A stretch of DNA of 64,000 nt from a virus (lineage: Duplodnaviria > Caudoviricetes), in IMG/VR virus record IMGVR_UViG_3300021426_000005; one strand, written 5' to 3'. The translations under genes and the position numbers were made by a program. Under the pieces are notes generated by a model. The model made no database searches. It was not told the DNA's origin and saw only the letters and a program-made list of their open reading frames with translations. Position 1 is the stretch's first letter; every line of letters begins with the position of its first letter. This document shows, one piece after another, positions 1 through 9,257 of this stretch.

Positions 1-1
1 C

Positions 2-271
2 CCATGTATTTACATTGCCGTGAAAGCCAAGTTTAGGGCAATCACAAAAATCACAGGACATAGGGCACCCCTTTTGGGTAGATACGGTAACAACGAGCTT
101 ATCGGTTAGCTTTACGGGTCTATGCTCAACCTTTTCTATTCGTTTGTTATACCCAAGAAACGAGGCTTTAATGTTATTCTCTTTCCCATAGTCCCCGACA
201 TATAAGTATTCTATCCCAAGCTCTGTATCAGAGACAATTTTACCTGTTCTTGTATCTGTTATTTTTCTCAT
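2..271 (-). CDS. RlmN/Cfr-like radical SAM protein (N-terminal part, runs off window)
   Basis: Not in ORF track; hand translation MRKITDTRTGKIVSD...VVTVSTQKGCPMSCDFCDCPKLGFHGN has CxxxCxxC in RlmN-like STQxGC context; RBS GAGGAGG. Confidence 0.8.
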   Translation of the reverse strand, partial: MRKITDTRTGKIVSDTELGIEYLYVGDYGKENNIKASFLGYNKRIEKVEHRPVKLTDKLVVTVSTQKGCPMSCDFCDCPKLGFHGNVNTW

Positions 272-313
272 TTGTATTCCTCCTCATAATAAGACATTTA
301 ACTCTTCTTCGTA

Positions 314-574
314 TTATTCATATACAGTAAATTTTGTAGAATCCTCTATAAAACTATCATCATCTGTAAATATAAATACTTCATCTGGATTTTTAGTTGT
401 ATATACCCTAATAGGTTTAGCAATATGAGCTCCGGCATAACCCCCTTCTGTACAAACAGAAACTCGTTTATCTTTAAGCTCTGGATGCTCATGGAGAATA
501 GCAACCAATTTTTTGGATAACTCCAACAATGTAACTTCATGATTATTCATTTTATCTTCTCCCTTTCTAATCAA
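314..574 (-). CDS. hypothetical protein
   Basis: ORF overlapping neighbour stop; likely start at MNNHE after GGGAG RBS. Confidence 0.65.
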   Translation of the reverse strand: MIRKGEDKMNNHEVTLLELSKKLVAILHEHPELKDKRVSVCTEGGYAGAHIAKPIRVYTTKNPDEVFIFTDDDSFIEDSTKFTVYE

Positions 575-1020
575 GTGATTTCATAAATATGATAACAATA
601 AACGGTATCTATATGTACATCATTATAGATATATTCATGTTGTGGGCTTTGAGTACCAATGTATGGACCCCAGCCACTCCATCTCCAACCACCGTCATCA
701 GGTTGATCCTTGCGATTTACAGTGGACAGCCCAATAACATAACTTTTATTTGTGTCATTTAGTAGTTCTTTATGATATTCAAGTACCTGCTTGTAATTAT
801 CACAAACTCCGTATGCCGTCCACTTATCCTTTATGCGATTTAGGCAGTTCTCTTCGATAAAGCAATCGAAATTGAATTTGAAGCCATCATGTCTATATAC
901 TCCGGTTTCATAATGACTAAACATAGAATCAGCATCAGTAATATCCACATTGTGCATTGGTGCCAACATAGCCATTATACCTGATGGTATAATCGATATA
1001 ATATCGAGATCTTTTAACAT
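571..1020 (-). CDS. phage hypothetical protein (GGWRWxxWGPYIG motif)
   Basis: 149 aa, RBS AAGGAGGT, Trp/Gly motif typical of a phage hypothetical family. Confidence 0.75.
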   Translation of the reverse strand: MLKDLDIISIIPSGIMAMLAPMHNVDITDADSMFSHYETGVYRHDGFKFNFDCFIEENCLNRIKDKWTAYGVCDNYKQVLEYHKELLNDTNKSYVIGLSTVNRKDQPDDGGWRWSGWGPYIGTQSPQHEYIYNDVHIDTVYCYHIYEIT

Positions 1021-1046
1021 AATATTTACCTCCTTAAAAACATTAT

Positions 1047-1244
1047 TTATTTTATTATCTCAACGCTAGTTAAGACGATTGGCTCAGTAAGCTCCACAGA
1101 TTCACCGTTGACCTTGGCTAAAATCTTGACATTCCGTTCGTCAACTTCTTTGTTCTTCTGTGCAAACATCTCAGCAAAGGTTTCATTGATTTTCCTACAA
1201 ACTCTATCATAGGCATATACCCATTTGAAATCTTTGTCATCCAT
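1047..1244 (-). CDS. hypothetical protein
   Basis: RBS AGGTGG; preceded by class I promoter word. Confidence 0.7.
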   Translation of the reverse strand: MDDKDFKWVYAYDRVCRKINETFAEMFAQKNKEVDERNVKILAKVNGESVELTEPIVLTSVEIIK

Positions 1245-1268
1245 AGATCACACCACCTTTCATAGACA

Positions 1269-1278
1269 TATAACGATT
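1269..1278 (-). promoter_or_regulatory. class I phage promoter word AATCGTTATA
   Basis: Exact word between terminator and gene start; recurs at 10 other gene starts. Confidence 0.75.
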
Positions 1279-1291
1279 TGTCATATAAAAG

Positions 1292-1323
1292 AAAAAAGCA
1301 GAGGACGTTTAATCCTCTGCTTT
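1292..1323 (-). terminator. intrinsic terminator ending sheath operon
   Basis: AAAGCAGAGGA/TCCTCTGCTTT stem with U-tract on minus strand. Confidence 0.85.
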
Positions 1324-1343
1324 ATTATAGTCAATATTTACGT

Positions 1344-1718
1344 TTAGTCATTAAGATCCTCAATTCGGCTATATGCTTCATCTAGTGCTTCCGAAGCCTC
1401 AATAATACCGTCAACAAGTGCTTCATATTCCGCATTCTGGAAGTAGAATTTATCCCACATATCATACAGTGCATCAGCATCTTCATCACTTATAGACATA
1501 AACCACGGATAATTGTCAGGATTATCAATGACAAACTCAGGAGACTGCTTACCGTCTGGAAGGTCTTTATAAAACTGATTGATTGTGTCATATATCGAAC
1601 TGATACGGGCTTCAAGATCCGATTTTGCCACATTAAGATCAGCCATAATCTGATTCAGCTTATCAACATACTCAGCCATTGAAGAAATGCTTTCTGCTGC
1701 TTTGATATACTTTTTCAT
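1344..1718 (-). CDS. acidic helical protein with MKKYIKAA N-terminus, possible virion protein
   Basis: Last gene of sheath operon; shared N-terminal tag. Confidence 0.7.
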   Translation of the reverse strand: MKKYIKAAESISSMAEYVDKLNQIMADLNVAKSDLEARISSIYDTINQFYKDLPDGKQSPEFVIDNPDNYPWFMSISDEDADALYDMWDKFYFQNAEYEALVDGIIEASEALDEAYSRIEDLND

Positions 1719-1731
1719 CTGAACACCCCCA

Positions 1732-4002
1732 TTACTGAGCGAACTGACTCAGATCAGTTCCAGGTGGCAGAGCGATCAGATCAATGGTGATATCATTGAT
1801 CACACCGTTGATGATGAGGTAGATCTTACCGATAACACTGTTCGCATTTACCTGATCCAGACCGTTAATGTCAGCTGCCATCTTGACATAGTAATCTTCG
1901 ATCGCACCGACATTTTTCATCGTGTCAAGTAGTGGTGTTACACCTGAGTAAAAATTGCCATATGCCTGCTCGTTATTGTATTGGAATGTTATACTCAATC
2001 CGCACTTGTAAGCTACATTCTCTACAGCGTTCACAAGATATCTGGTAGAGAGATTTGCAAGTGCCTGATAAGTAGCCGGAGGTACTTCAAACAGTGTGCT
2101 GTTGCCCCAGAGGTTTGTTCCCAGATCAGGAATTCTGGTGATAACATTTACGCCGACACCTTCCAGCTTCTGCCATACGTCAAGGAGCTTCTTAGGAACA
2201 ACGTAGTCCATCTTGCCGATATTGAGGTTATGTCTGCGATTTGTAGGCAAAGCCCACTCATACTGCGCAGGCTGATTGAGTATCTGTGCTCTCTGGATAA
2301 GCATTGCAAGGAATGAAGGTGAAGCAGTTCTCATTTTGCTTGTTCCCACATATCTGTACTGTCCCCAAGGTGCAAACAGTGTTGAATGGCTTGTATAGAG
2401 GACTGAATTTACATCGTTTCCACCTACAAAGGGTGTCATTCTTGCAAGCAACTGAGCATAACCAGGTGTGCTGTCGGAAGCATCGTAAACAAGTCCTCTT
2501 GGACAAGATCTTGGAATATCAATCAGACCAGTTGCACATCTGCTGTAGTATGCTATGTGCATAAGGATCTGATGGATCGGGGATACCTGAGACAGCGGAT
2601 ATTCAGCTGAAGCACCGAACTTAGTTCCGCAGATAACTTCGATATTCTGATCATCCCAACCAGCGCTCATTACTCTCTGAGGATTATAATTGAGCTTATC
2701 GACCAGAAGCTGATATGTCAGGAATGCGGCATTATATACCCACTCATTATGCGCAAGTGCGGCCAGCTTAACAGGATCTACCACAGAACAGTTAGTCCAT
2801 GCTGTAATGTAGGGTGTATCAGCTTCGGTAGCTCCGGCAATACCAGTATAGTAGCCACCAGGGGTAGAAGCTGGGATTCCGTTTGGTGTATCGGTGCAAC
2901 CATATCTTACTGTAGCATAGTCTTTAGCTACAGCCTTGAGGTTGTTAGTTACGGTAGTTACTGCTGAAGCATCACCATTAGCCAGACCGATAGCTTCCAC
3001 AGTTTCAAACTGCTTGAATATCGTACCTACAGTGAAATCTTCATTGGTTACAGCCTTGAATGTCCACTTAGTTACACCAGCTGTTACAGTGGTGGAATCT
3101 ACAACATAGTAAGAAGTCTTCGATGTAGCCCAATCGCTTGGCTCTACATATACAGTTGAGAAGTAGTATTCAGTAGAACCTGAACCAACTGTACCCTTAT
3201 GGAAATCCCCACCTACGCCTGTAGCATCATCAGCCGTTGTACCATAAAGCTGTGTAGGAACAGTAAGTGAATCTGTACCGCCGACAAGTGCAGTTATAAG
3301 ATCTGCTGTCTGTGATCCGTTGATAGGTGTAACTGTAGGCATAGAACCATCGGACTTACTATCCTTGATCGTACCATTGATAGCAAATGTTACATAGTTA
3401 GATTCTACTTCACCTACATATGGTACGGTTTCTGTTGCATTATTTTCATCAAATACGAATGAAAGGTTTTCAACTGCGGTCCGTGTTCCAGTATTCGCAT
3501 CAACAATGTATACGATCAGAGACCAATAGTTGAAATTACCGGAGGTATATCTGTTAAGTACACAACGGAGATTGTTTCCGAAAGTACCGACATACTTGGC
3601 ATTGATACCAAACAGAACATCACCATTTCCAGAATTGATCATATATCCGCCGGAAGCCTTTGCACCAGGGCATACACGACATACCAGAATATCATAACCA
3701 GATGTCAGCAGTGTCATAGCCATCTGATATGAATAATCATTTGCCAGCTTATAGTTGGATTCTGGACCACGATATGTAGCCACGAAAGACTCAAGTCCAG
3801 CCTGTGTAGCGGGGAAATGTGTCCAGCCAACTTCCTCAAGCATCATATCGATGCCATCAGCACTATCACCATATACAGACTGAGGATCCATGTAAGCTGG
3901 TCCCCAAGCTGCTGTAATAGGAAGTGCGATCGTAGCATATGAATTAGTTCCTATATTATAGGTGTAGTTCTCAGATATCTCATTAATAACTATCTTAGCC
4001 AT
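1732..4002 (-). CDS. contractile tail sheath protein
   Basis: N-term INEI..AWGP, AKYVGTFGNNL, C-term GVNVI..LWGNSTL..LSTRYL..GAIEDYYV; central Thr-rich insertion. Confidence 0.9.
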   Translation of the reverse strand: MAKIVINEISENYTYNIGTNSYATIALPITAAWGPAYMDPQSVYGDSADGIDMMLEEVGWTHFPATQAGLESFVATYRGPESNYKLANDYSYQMAMTLLTSGYDILVCRVCPGAKASGGYMINSGNGDVLFGINAKYVGTFGNNLRCVLNRYTSGNFNYWSLIVYIVDANTGTRTAVENLSFVFDENNATETVPYVGEVESNYVTFAINGTIKDSKSDGSMPTVTPINGSQTADLITALVGGTDSLTVPTQLYGTTADDATGVGGDFHKGTVGSGSTEYYFSTVYVEPSDWATSKTSYYVVDSTTVTAGVTKWTFKAVTNEDFTVGTIFKQFETVEAIGLANGDASAVTTVTNNLKAVAKDYATVRYGCTDTPNGIPASTPGGYYTGIAGATEADTPYITAWTNCSVVDPVKLAALAHNEWVYNAAFLTYQLLVDKLNYNPQRVMSAGWDDQNIEVICGTKFGASAEYPLSQVSPIHQILMHIAYYSRCATGLIDIPRSCPRGLVYDASDSTPGYAQLLARMTPFVGGNDVNSVLYTSHSTLFAPWGQYRYVGTSKMRTASPSFLAMLIQRAQILNQPAQYEWALPTNRRHNLNIGKMDYVVPKKLLDVWQKLEGVGVNVITRIPDLGTNLWGNSTLFEVPPATYQALANLSTRYLVNAVENVAYKCGLSITFQYNNEQAYGNFYSGVTPLLDTMKNVGAIEDYYVKMAADINGLDQVNANSVIGKIYLIINGVINDITIDLIALPPGTDLSQFAQ

Positions 4003-4207
4003 CTACTTCTTCCTCCTTGATAAGTTTACTTCTACCCTTTCTTGTAGGCTTAGAAGTTGTTGAGGTAACAGCAGGCTTAATGATCGTATTCTTAGTCTGC
4101 ACAAATCCCTCAGCATTGATAGCGCCTGGAACACTATGCACATCACCCGGCTTGAATTCAACACCGTAAAATGTCATTGTGCGACCAGACATATTCTTAT
4201 AAACCAC
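3995..4207 (-). CDS. small virion-associated protein, homologous to N-terminus of LRR protein
   Basis: 21/37 identity with start of 6095..7402; coupled to sheath gene. Confidence 0.75.
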   Translation of the reverse strand: MVYKNMSGRTMTFYGVEFKPGDVHSVPGAINAEGFVQTKNTIIKPAVTSTTSKPTRKGRSKLIKEEEVDG

Positions 4208-4239
4208 AATATCACCTCACAGAGATTATTTACTAATCA

Positions 4240-4251
4240 TATATAAGGTTA
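4240..4251 (-). promoter_or_regulatory. class II (late) promoter word TAACCTTATATA
   Basis: Upstream of sheath operon; recurs before other structural operons. Confidence 0.75.
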
Positions 4252-4872
4252 GAGATCAGACTTAACGGATGGGTCAGCTATCTCAGTTTCAAATACGGTA
4301 CGTTTCAGATGCACTGGTGTATAGGTAACAAGAACACAACCTTCTGTCTTAAGCTGAAGAACCGCCTGATACAGTTGACCACTTTCTGCATATTCTGATG
4401 ACCCAGAAGACTGTTCTATCTCAGTATCACTATTTATAGCAATGCCAAACCTAATCACCCTATTTCCTTCATATGGAAGTCTGATTGGAAGAAAGTACAT
4501 AGATAAATATTTGAACATCAATTCTCTCATTATTTCATCAAGGTCTGCCTGAGTAGCGGTCAATACAGTAAGCCTATATGTCAGTGAAATTGGGATAGCC
4601 TTTTCATAATATAATTCATTAGTCTCCGGATCAATGACAGTTGAAACCCCAATATGTGCTCTACTGAAATTCATCCTTTCAGAATCTACTTGCGTATTTG
4701 GATCCCTAGATAGAGCTACTATCGGTAATTTTATTTCATCATTCTGTATCTGTGCAGCTACACCGATGATTTGTTCTGGACTGATGACCTTTACTACAGG
4801 ATTCGCTACCGAATCAGGATTAAAACTTTGTTCTAAGTCTTTAACTATGGCTTCATCATACTTATAGATCAT
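4249..4872 (-). CDS. tail completion / sheath terminator-like protein (T4 gp15-like)
   Basis: Position upstream of sheath; LPIVALSR and IPISLTYRLTV..QADLDEI pattern. Confidence 0.6.
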   Translation of the reverse strand: MIYKYDEAIVKDLEQSFNPDSVANPVVKVISPEQIIGVAAQIQNDEIKLPIVALSRDPNTQVDSERMNFSRAHIGVSTVIDPETNELYYEKAIPISLTYRLTVLTATQADLDEIMRELMFKYLSMYFLPIRLPYEGNRVIRFGIAINSDTEIEQSSGSSEYAESGQLYQAVLQLKTEGCVLVTYTPVHLKRTVFETEIADPSVKSDL

Positions 4873-5426
4873 TTCAAATCAGCCCCCTTATCATCAAGAT
4901 AATTCCCACGATAATCAGTATTGCCCTTGAGAAATGTATTAGATTTGTTGAATTTTTTACGCTCTTCAACCGGTGTCCTACCAACAATGTTCTTGTCATA
5001 CACCGGAACTACTTGTGCTATAATATGATCTGGTGCTTGCATAGCGGTAGTAAGTTCGACTACACGAAATATCCGATTCCCCAAGCTGGTGTACTGACCG
5101 GAAATGTGGAATAAGCAATCCCTCTGTAATGATTTCAGATTGAAGCTACAGTGTATAAGAAATGGGAGGTTTTTGTCATTTTCAACAACCCAGCCTAATC
5201 GCTTATACGTCTTAACGGTAGGCGTTCCGTCAAAGAATATGTGAGTATCGACTACATCAGAATAACTATCTACAACTGATTCCCCTTGTGCATTAGTTCC
5301 GGGCAGAAGCGGATATTGGTATCTGCAAGATATACCTTGCATTTCCAATGCTTCATCATACCGCTTCCGCATTATGAGTATATCGTCACCGATCAAATTC
5401 ATGCTCATAATATCACCACCACTCAA
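4869..5426 (-). CDS. putative neck / head-closure protein
   Basis: Size and position in neck cluster. Confidence 0.5.
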   Translation of the reverse strand: MSGGDIMSMNLIGDDILIMRKRYDEALEMQGISCRYQYPLLPGTNAQGESVVDSYSDVVDTHIFFDGTPTVKTYKRLGWVVENDKNLPFLIHCSFNLKSLQRDCLFHISGQYTSLGNRIFRVVELTTAMQAPDHIIAQVVPVYDKNIVGRTPVEERKKFNKSNTFLKGNTDYRGNYLDDKGADLK

Positions 5427-6037
5427 GAATAATTATTCTCAGATAGAATATCTTCTATATTTGCTACAAATGTCAGCCAACTCCAATTCCATTTGTGAGT
5501 CTGGGATGATGCTGACAGATTAACAACGCTACCGTTTCTCAGAGATTCTGTAAATTCTTTCTCAGAAGGACTATAGCCATTATTGATCCATGTCGGATTT
5601 TCTGATATCTTGAATACAACGGCATAGGTTTTGAACTGCTTTACACCGTTAGATATATTCCAGACAGTAACCAGTCGGAGCTTATCGTATTCCAACCCCA
5701 AAAGTGATGCAAGAAACTCCAGCTGATCATGTGGTAAATTCCGTTGCTGATCATAAGTCACCAAGAAGCCATACTTACTGAGCGTTTTAAGTATTTCATC
5801 AGTAGAAGGTTCAAAATCAATTACAGATGGATCTTCTGACACAAGACTACCCTCCGCACCAAGTACACAAGTATACAAATCACCATACTCAGCATGATAG
5901 ACCCTGATCCTCAATCCGGTCAGTATAGGTGCATTGAGAATATCAGACACTTTTATACTCAGCTTGGTGCTAATATTTGATTTAACATTTATAAGCTGTC
6001 GCCAATCAGAAATGTTGTACCTTAGTTCTTTTCCCAT
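5423..6037 (-). CDS. hypothetical structural-cluster protein
   Basis: 204 aa, RBS AGGAG. Confidence 0.7.
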   Translation of the reverse strand: MGKELRYNISDWRQLINVKSNISTKLSIKVSDILNAPILTGLRIRVYHAEYGDLYTCVLGAEGSLVSEDPSVIDFEPSTDEILKTLSKYGFLVTYDQQRNLPHDQLEFLASLLGLEYDKLRLVTVWNISNGVKQFKTYAVVFKISENPTWINNGYSPSEKEFTESLRNGSVVNLSASSQTHKWNWSWLTFVANIEDILSENNYS

Positions 6038-6094
6038 AAATTACCATCTCCTATAAGAAATGCACCCCACTTCATGCAGAGTGCATTTGCTGTA

Positions 6095-7402
6095 TTATCC
6101 TAACCAATTGATTGTGACCTTTGATCCGGTAGCCCCCCAAGGAGCACCAGAAATTGAACCAGATGACTTGTGAATGTTGATGGTGCAATCTTCCTTGACA
6201 CCTCTACCAGAAAACGCTCGGGCATTGATCGCTGTTACTGTACTTGGAATATCAATGACACATGATTCTGCAAACTCCGCACCAGCACGACCGCCTACTT
6301 CAAATGCGTTTTCACCAATAGACGTTACACCAGACTTTAATGTAATAGAAGTGAGTAGATTGCACCGACTACACATTCCCCGTGGAATAATTGATACAGT
6401 ACCAGGAATTTCTATTTCAGTAAGTCCAGAAGGCATATCCGATGATCCAGCAAAAGCAAATTCCCCAATTTCAGTAACAGTATCTGGAATTGTCACAGTG
6501 TTCAATGAGCTACAGCTGTAAAATGTATATGGTGTGATCTTAGTTATAGATGTATCTTCTAAATTCACAGATTGCAGTGATTGACAGAAGCCGAATGTAC
6601 CATAAGTAGCATTACTCATACTAGGGTTGTCAGAACCCAATGAAGTTAAAGATGAAGGTAGTTCAACGGTTTCAACACCAGAGCGCATGAAGCATCCGGC
6701 TTCTATTGATATCGTACCTTCTGGTATAGATACCGATTTCAAGGAACTACACGCACTAAACACATGATCTCCTATTACACTTAATCCAGATGAAAACGAA
6801 ACTTCACTCAATGCAGTACAACTAGCAAATGCAGATGCACCGATAGTTTCGACACTGCTAGGAATATCTATGGCAGTAAGCGATGCACAACCATTAAATG
6901 CACCAGATGGAATAGCTTTTAAGTTGGCAGGTAAGTTTACACTTTCCAAACTTTTGCAACTCTGACAAACACCACCGCCCAAAACGGCATTGTCTGGAAA
7001 ATCTATGGTTCTTAAAGCGCACTTAGAAAATGCACTCTTACCTATAGAAGTGCAAGTGTCAGGAATATTAATCGTAACCAATCCGGTACATTCAGCAAAT
7101 CCATAATCACCTATACTGATGATTCTCGCAGGGATAGACACAGTAGTGATCAAATTTCTACCGTAAAACCCATAATTACCTACCTTTGTCACACTCTTCG
7201 GAAATTCAATCGCAGTTATAGTGTTTTCAATCATCTTAGCCAGTGCATCTGTGTTATCATCAGGAACATCAGCATCAGGAGCTTTACTTATCTGCAAAAA
7301 ATCATTCGCATTTATAGGTCCAGGAACTGACTGAACGACCCCTGGCTCCATATCCTTACCGTAAAAAGTCTGATTCTCAGATGACATATTGATATAATTC
7401 AT
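6095..7402 (-). CDS. BspA-type (LRR_5) leucine-rich-repeat protein with N-terminal module shared with 3995..4207
   Basis: Many IPxxVTxIGxxAFxxCxxL repeats; C-terminal APWGA; likely start MNYIN. Confidence 0.9.
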   Translation of the reverse strand: MNYINMSSENQTFYGKDMEPGVVQSVPGPINANDFLQISKAPDADVPDDNTDALAKMIENTITAIEFPKSVTKVGNYGFYGRNLITTVSIPARIISIGDYGFAECTGLVTINIPDTCTSIGKSAFSKCALRTIDFPDNAVLGGGVCQSCKSLESVNLPANLKAIPSGAFNGCASLTAIDIPSSVETIGASAFASCTALSEVSFSSGLSVIGDHVFSACSSLKSVSIPEGTISIEAGCFMRSGVETVELPSSLTSLGSDNPSMSNATYGTFGFCQSLQSVNLEDTSITKITPYTFYSCSSLNTVTIPDTVTEIGEFAFAGSSDMPSGLTEIEIPGTVSIIPRGMCSRCNLLTSITLKSGVTSIGENAFEVGGRAGAEFAESCVIDIPSTVTAINARAFSGRGVKEDCTINIHKSSGSISGAPWGATGSKVTINWLG

Positions 7403-7413
7403 AGCCACAACAA

Positions 7414-7758
7414 TCACTCCATTTCGGATTTACTTTCTGTTATATAGTTGATCAACTCTAACTGAAATGGTTTAAGTTCATCAATTGAAGCCGCCGGATA
7501 GCTTGCAAAAAATCGCCCAACCATATCAAGTTTTAACTGATAATAGAGCATTCTGAGCATAACATCGGGTATCTCAGGGTGCTTCTCTACGAAGATGAAA
7601 TATCTGGTTATCGTACTACTGAATGCCTTGATATCATCAGGTCTAGCTTCAGATAGGTTTGCTTCTTTCAAAGCTCTGAAATTTCGACCATTATATTGTT
7701 TAAGCTCAGTGAAAAACTGAGTTGCTAAAGATGTATTAGAATCCACCAGGAGCACCAC
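7414..7758 (-). CDS. hypothetical protein
   Basis: ORF coupled to portal end. Confidence 0.65.
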   Translation of the reverse strand: MVLLVDSNTSLATQFFTELKQYNGRNFRALKEANLSEARPDDIKAFSSTITRYFIFVEKHPEIPDVMLRMLYYQLKLDMVGRFFASYPAASIDELKPFQLELINYITESKSEME

Positions 7759-9235
7759 CTTCCGTTGGTTCTTCCGTTACGTCAATATCCCAGCCGGAAG
7801 CATCTGCACCCATTTGAGGGAATGCTTCAGTAAGAATCTCGGTAAGACCCTTACGGAATGTATCTGCATCAACAATTCCGGCATCTTTAAGGAGCTGTAC
7901 AAGGGTTGTAGCCTGATTGAGTGCAGAATCACGCTTCTCAAACTGAACTGTAGACTGAGTAGTTACTATCGGGTTCATATGAAGTGTGAACTTATCCACA
8001 TACCCACTCATATTCTTAGCTCTGAAATACTTATTCAAACCCTCAGTCCAGCCTTCGATATATGCTGTCATAAGTCTTTGCAAAATATTAGCATATAGTG
8101 CAGATCTCTGAGACATTACGGTACCAGCCGCACCAAGTCCCTCAGCAGAAGAGAAGTTCATTGCTTCTTTAGGTATACCTAATACTGACAGCTTTTTATT
8201 CTGATAATAGTCAAGCAGCTTGTTGTCTGCTTCTGTAGTATCCGACATATTGAGATCAGTTATGGATATAGCATCTGCACCATTCACCTTTGGAAGATAA
8301 ATCAAGTTATTAGGTGACTGAGGATTTAAGAAACTTTCTGCACCACCGGTAGAAGTATTCATGGACAATTGCTGTTCAATAGCATTCTTCATCTGAAGAA
8401 GTGTATCTGCAATTTCCTCTTCCTCTGCACCAGAACAATCGACATTGATGAATTTTACCACCCGGATCAAAGAAGATAAAAGCATACTATCTTCCAAAAG
8501 CCCCAGCGTTTGTGTGGGGACAACTACGTTACCCATAAGTGGCTCTGCAAACTGTATGTCATAAGTAATTGGGTCTCCGGTACGTTTGTCGGTACCCTCA
8601 ATCGTATATTCACCAAGCAGACCACCCAGCGAAAAATGAATAATTGCGGAATCAGGATATATATTATACTCACGCACATTGGCATCCGGCTGATAGATAT
8701 ACCCTACCGGATTACCCATTTCCCAGATATGAAGTACATCCTCTGGTGGTATCTTATAGGATGGAATAATATCATATTCCTTATCCGGAATGGTATTATT
8801 ATCCAAAGCAACGCCACGCTGTACAGTTTTACTTGCCGAATCCTTATACATATCTGTAGTCGGTATATACAGATTGCCTATAGTAGCAAGTTCTAAGATA
8901 TGGTCACGAACATATGAATTGATCTTCCACTTCTTGAACAGGGTATTTATGAGATCAGCAAGGTCAGGATCATCCGATGTAGCCCATATAATCTGACCTG
9001 CGGAATTAGCAGTTGTAGAATCCGTAGCATAATATGAAAGTGCGGTACTGATTTGAGAATCAGCAGCAACGTTACGCATTGTTTCTATCTTCGATTTAAT
9101 GTCCAGAAGAGCAGTATTTCCTCGCATATCAGACATACGGATGAATGAGCCAGAAGCTATAAATCTAAGATATGATGTATGATGCTTCGGCTTCTCCATC
9201 CAAGAGCGTAGCCGCTTGATCAATTTATTTTCCAA
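7736..9235 (-). CDS. portal protein (T4 gp20-like)
   Basis: 499 aa near TerL; IIHF, LLEDSMLL..R, LDYYQNKKLSVLGIPK resembles the gp20 DxxYFxxKLxxALxIP region. Confidence 0.85.
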   Translation of the reverse strand: MENKLIKRLRSWMEKPKHHTSYLRFIASGSFIRMSDMRGNTALLDIKSKIETMRNVAADSQISTALSYYATDSTTANSAGQIIWATSDDPDLADLINTLFKKWKINSYVRDHILELATIGNLYIPTTDMYKDSASKTVQRGVALDNNTIPDKEYDIIPSYKIPPEDVLHIWEMGNPVGYIYQPDANVREYNIYPDSAIIHFSLGGLLGEYTIEGTDKRTGDPITYDIQFAEPLMGNVVVPTQTLGLLEDSMLLSSLIRVVKFINVDCSGAEEEEIADTLLQMKNAIEQQLSMNTSTGGAESFLNPQSPNNLIYLPKVNGADAISITDLNMSDTTEADNKLLDYYQNKKLSVLGIPKEAMNFSSAEGLGAAGTVMSQRSALYANILQRLMTAYIEGWTEGLNKYFRAKNMSGYVDKFTLHMNPIVTTQSTVQFEKRDSALNQATTLVQLLKDAGIVDADTFRKGLTEILTEAFPQMGADASGWDIDVTEEPTEGGAPGGF

Positions 9236-9257
9236 ACTATCGCCTCCAAACTAACCA

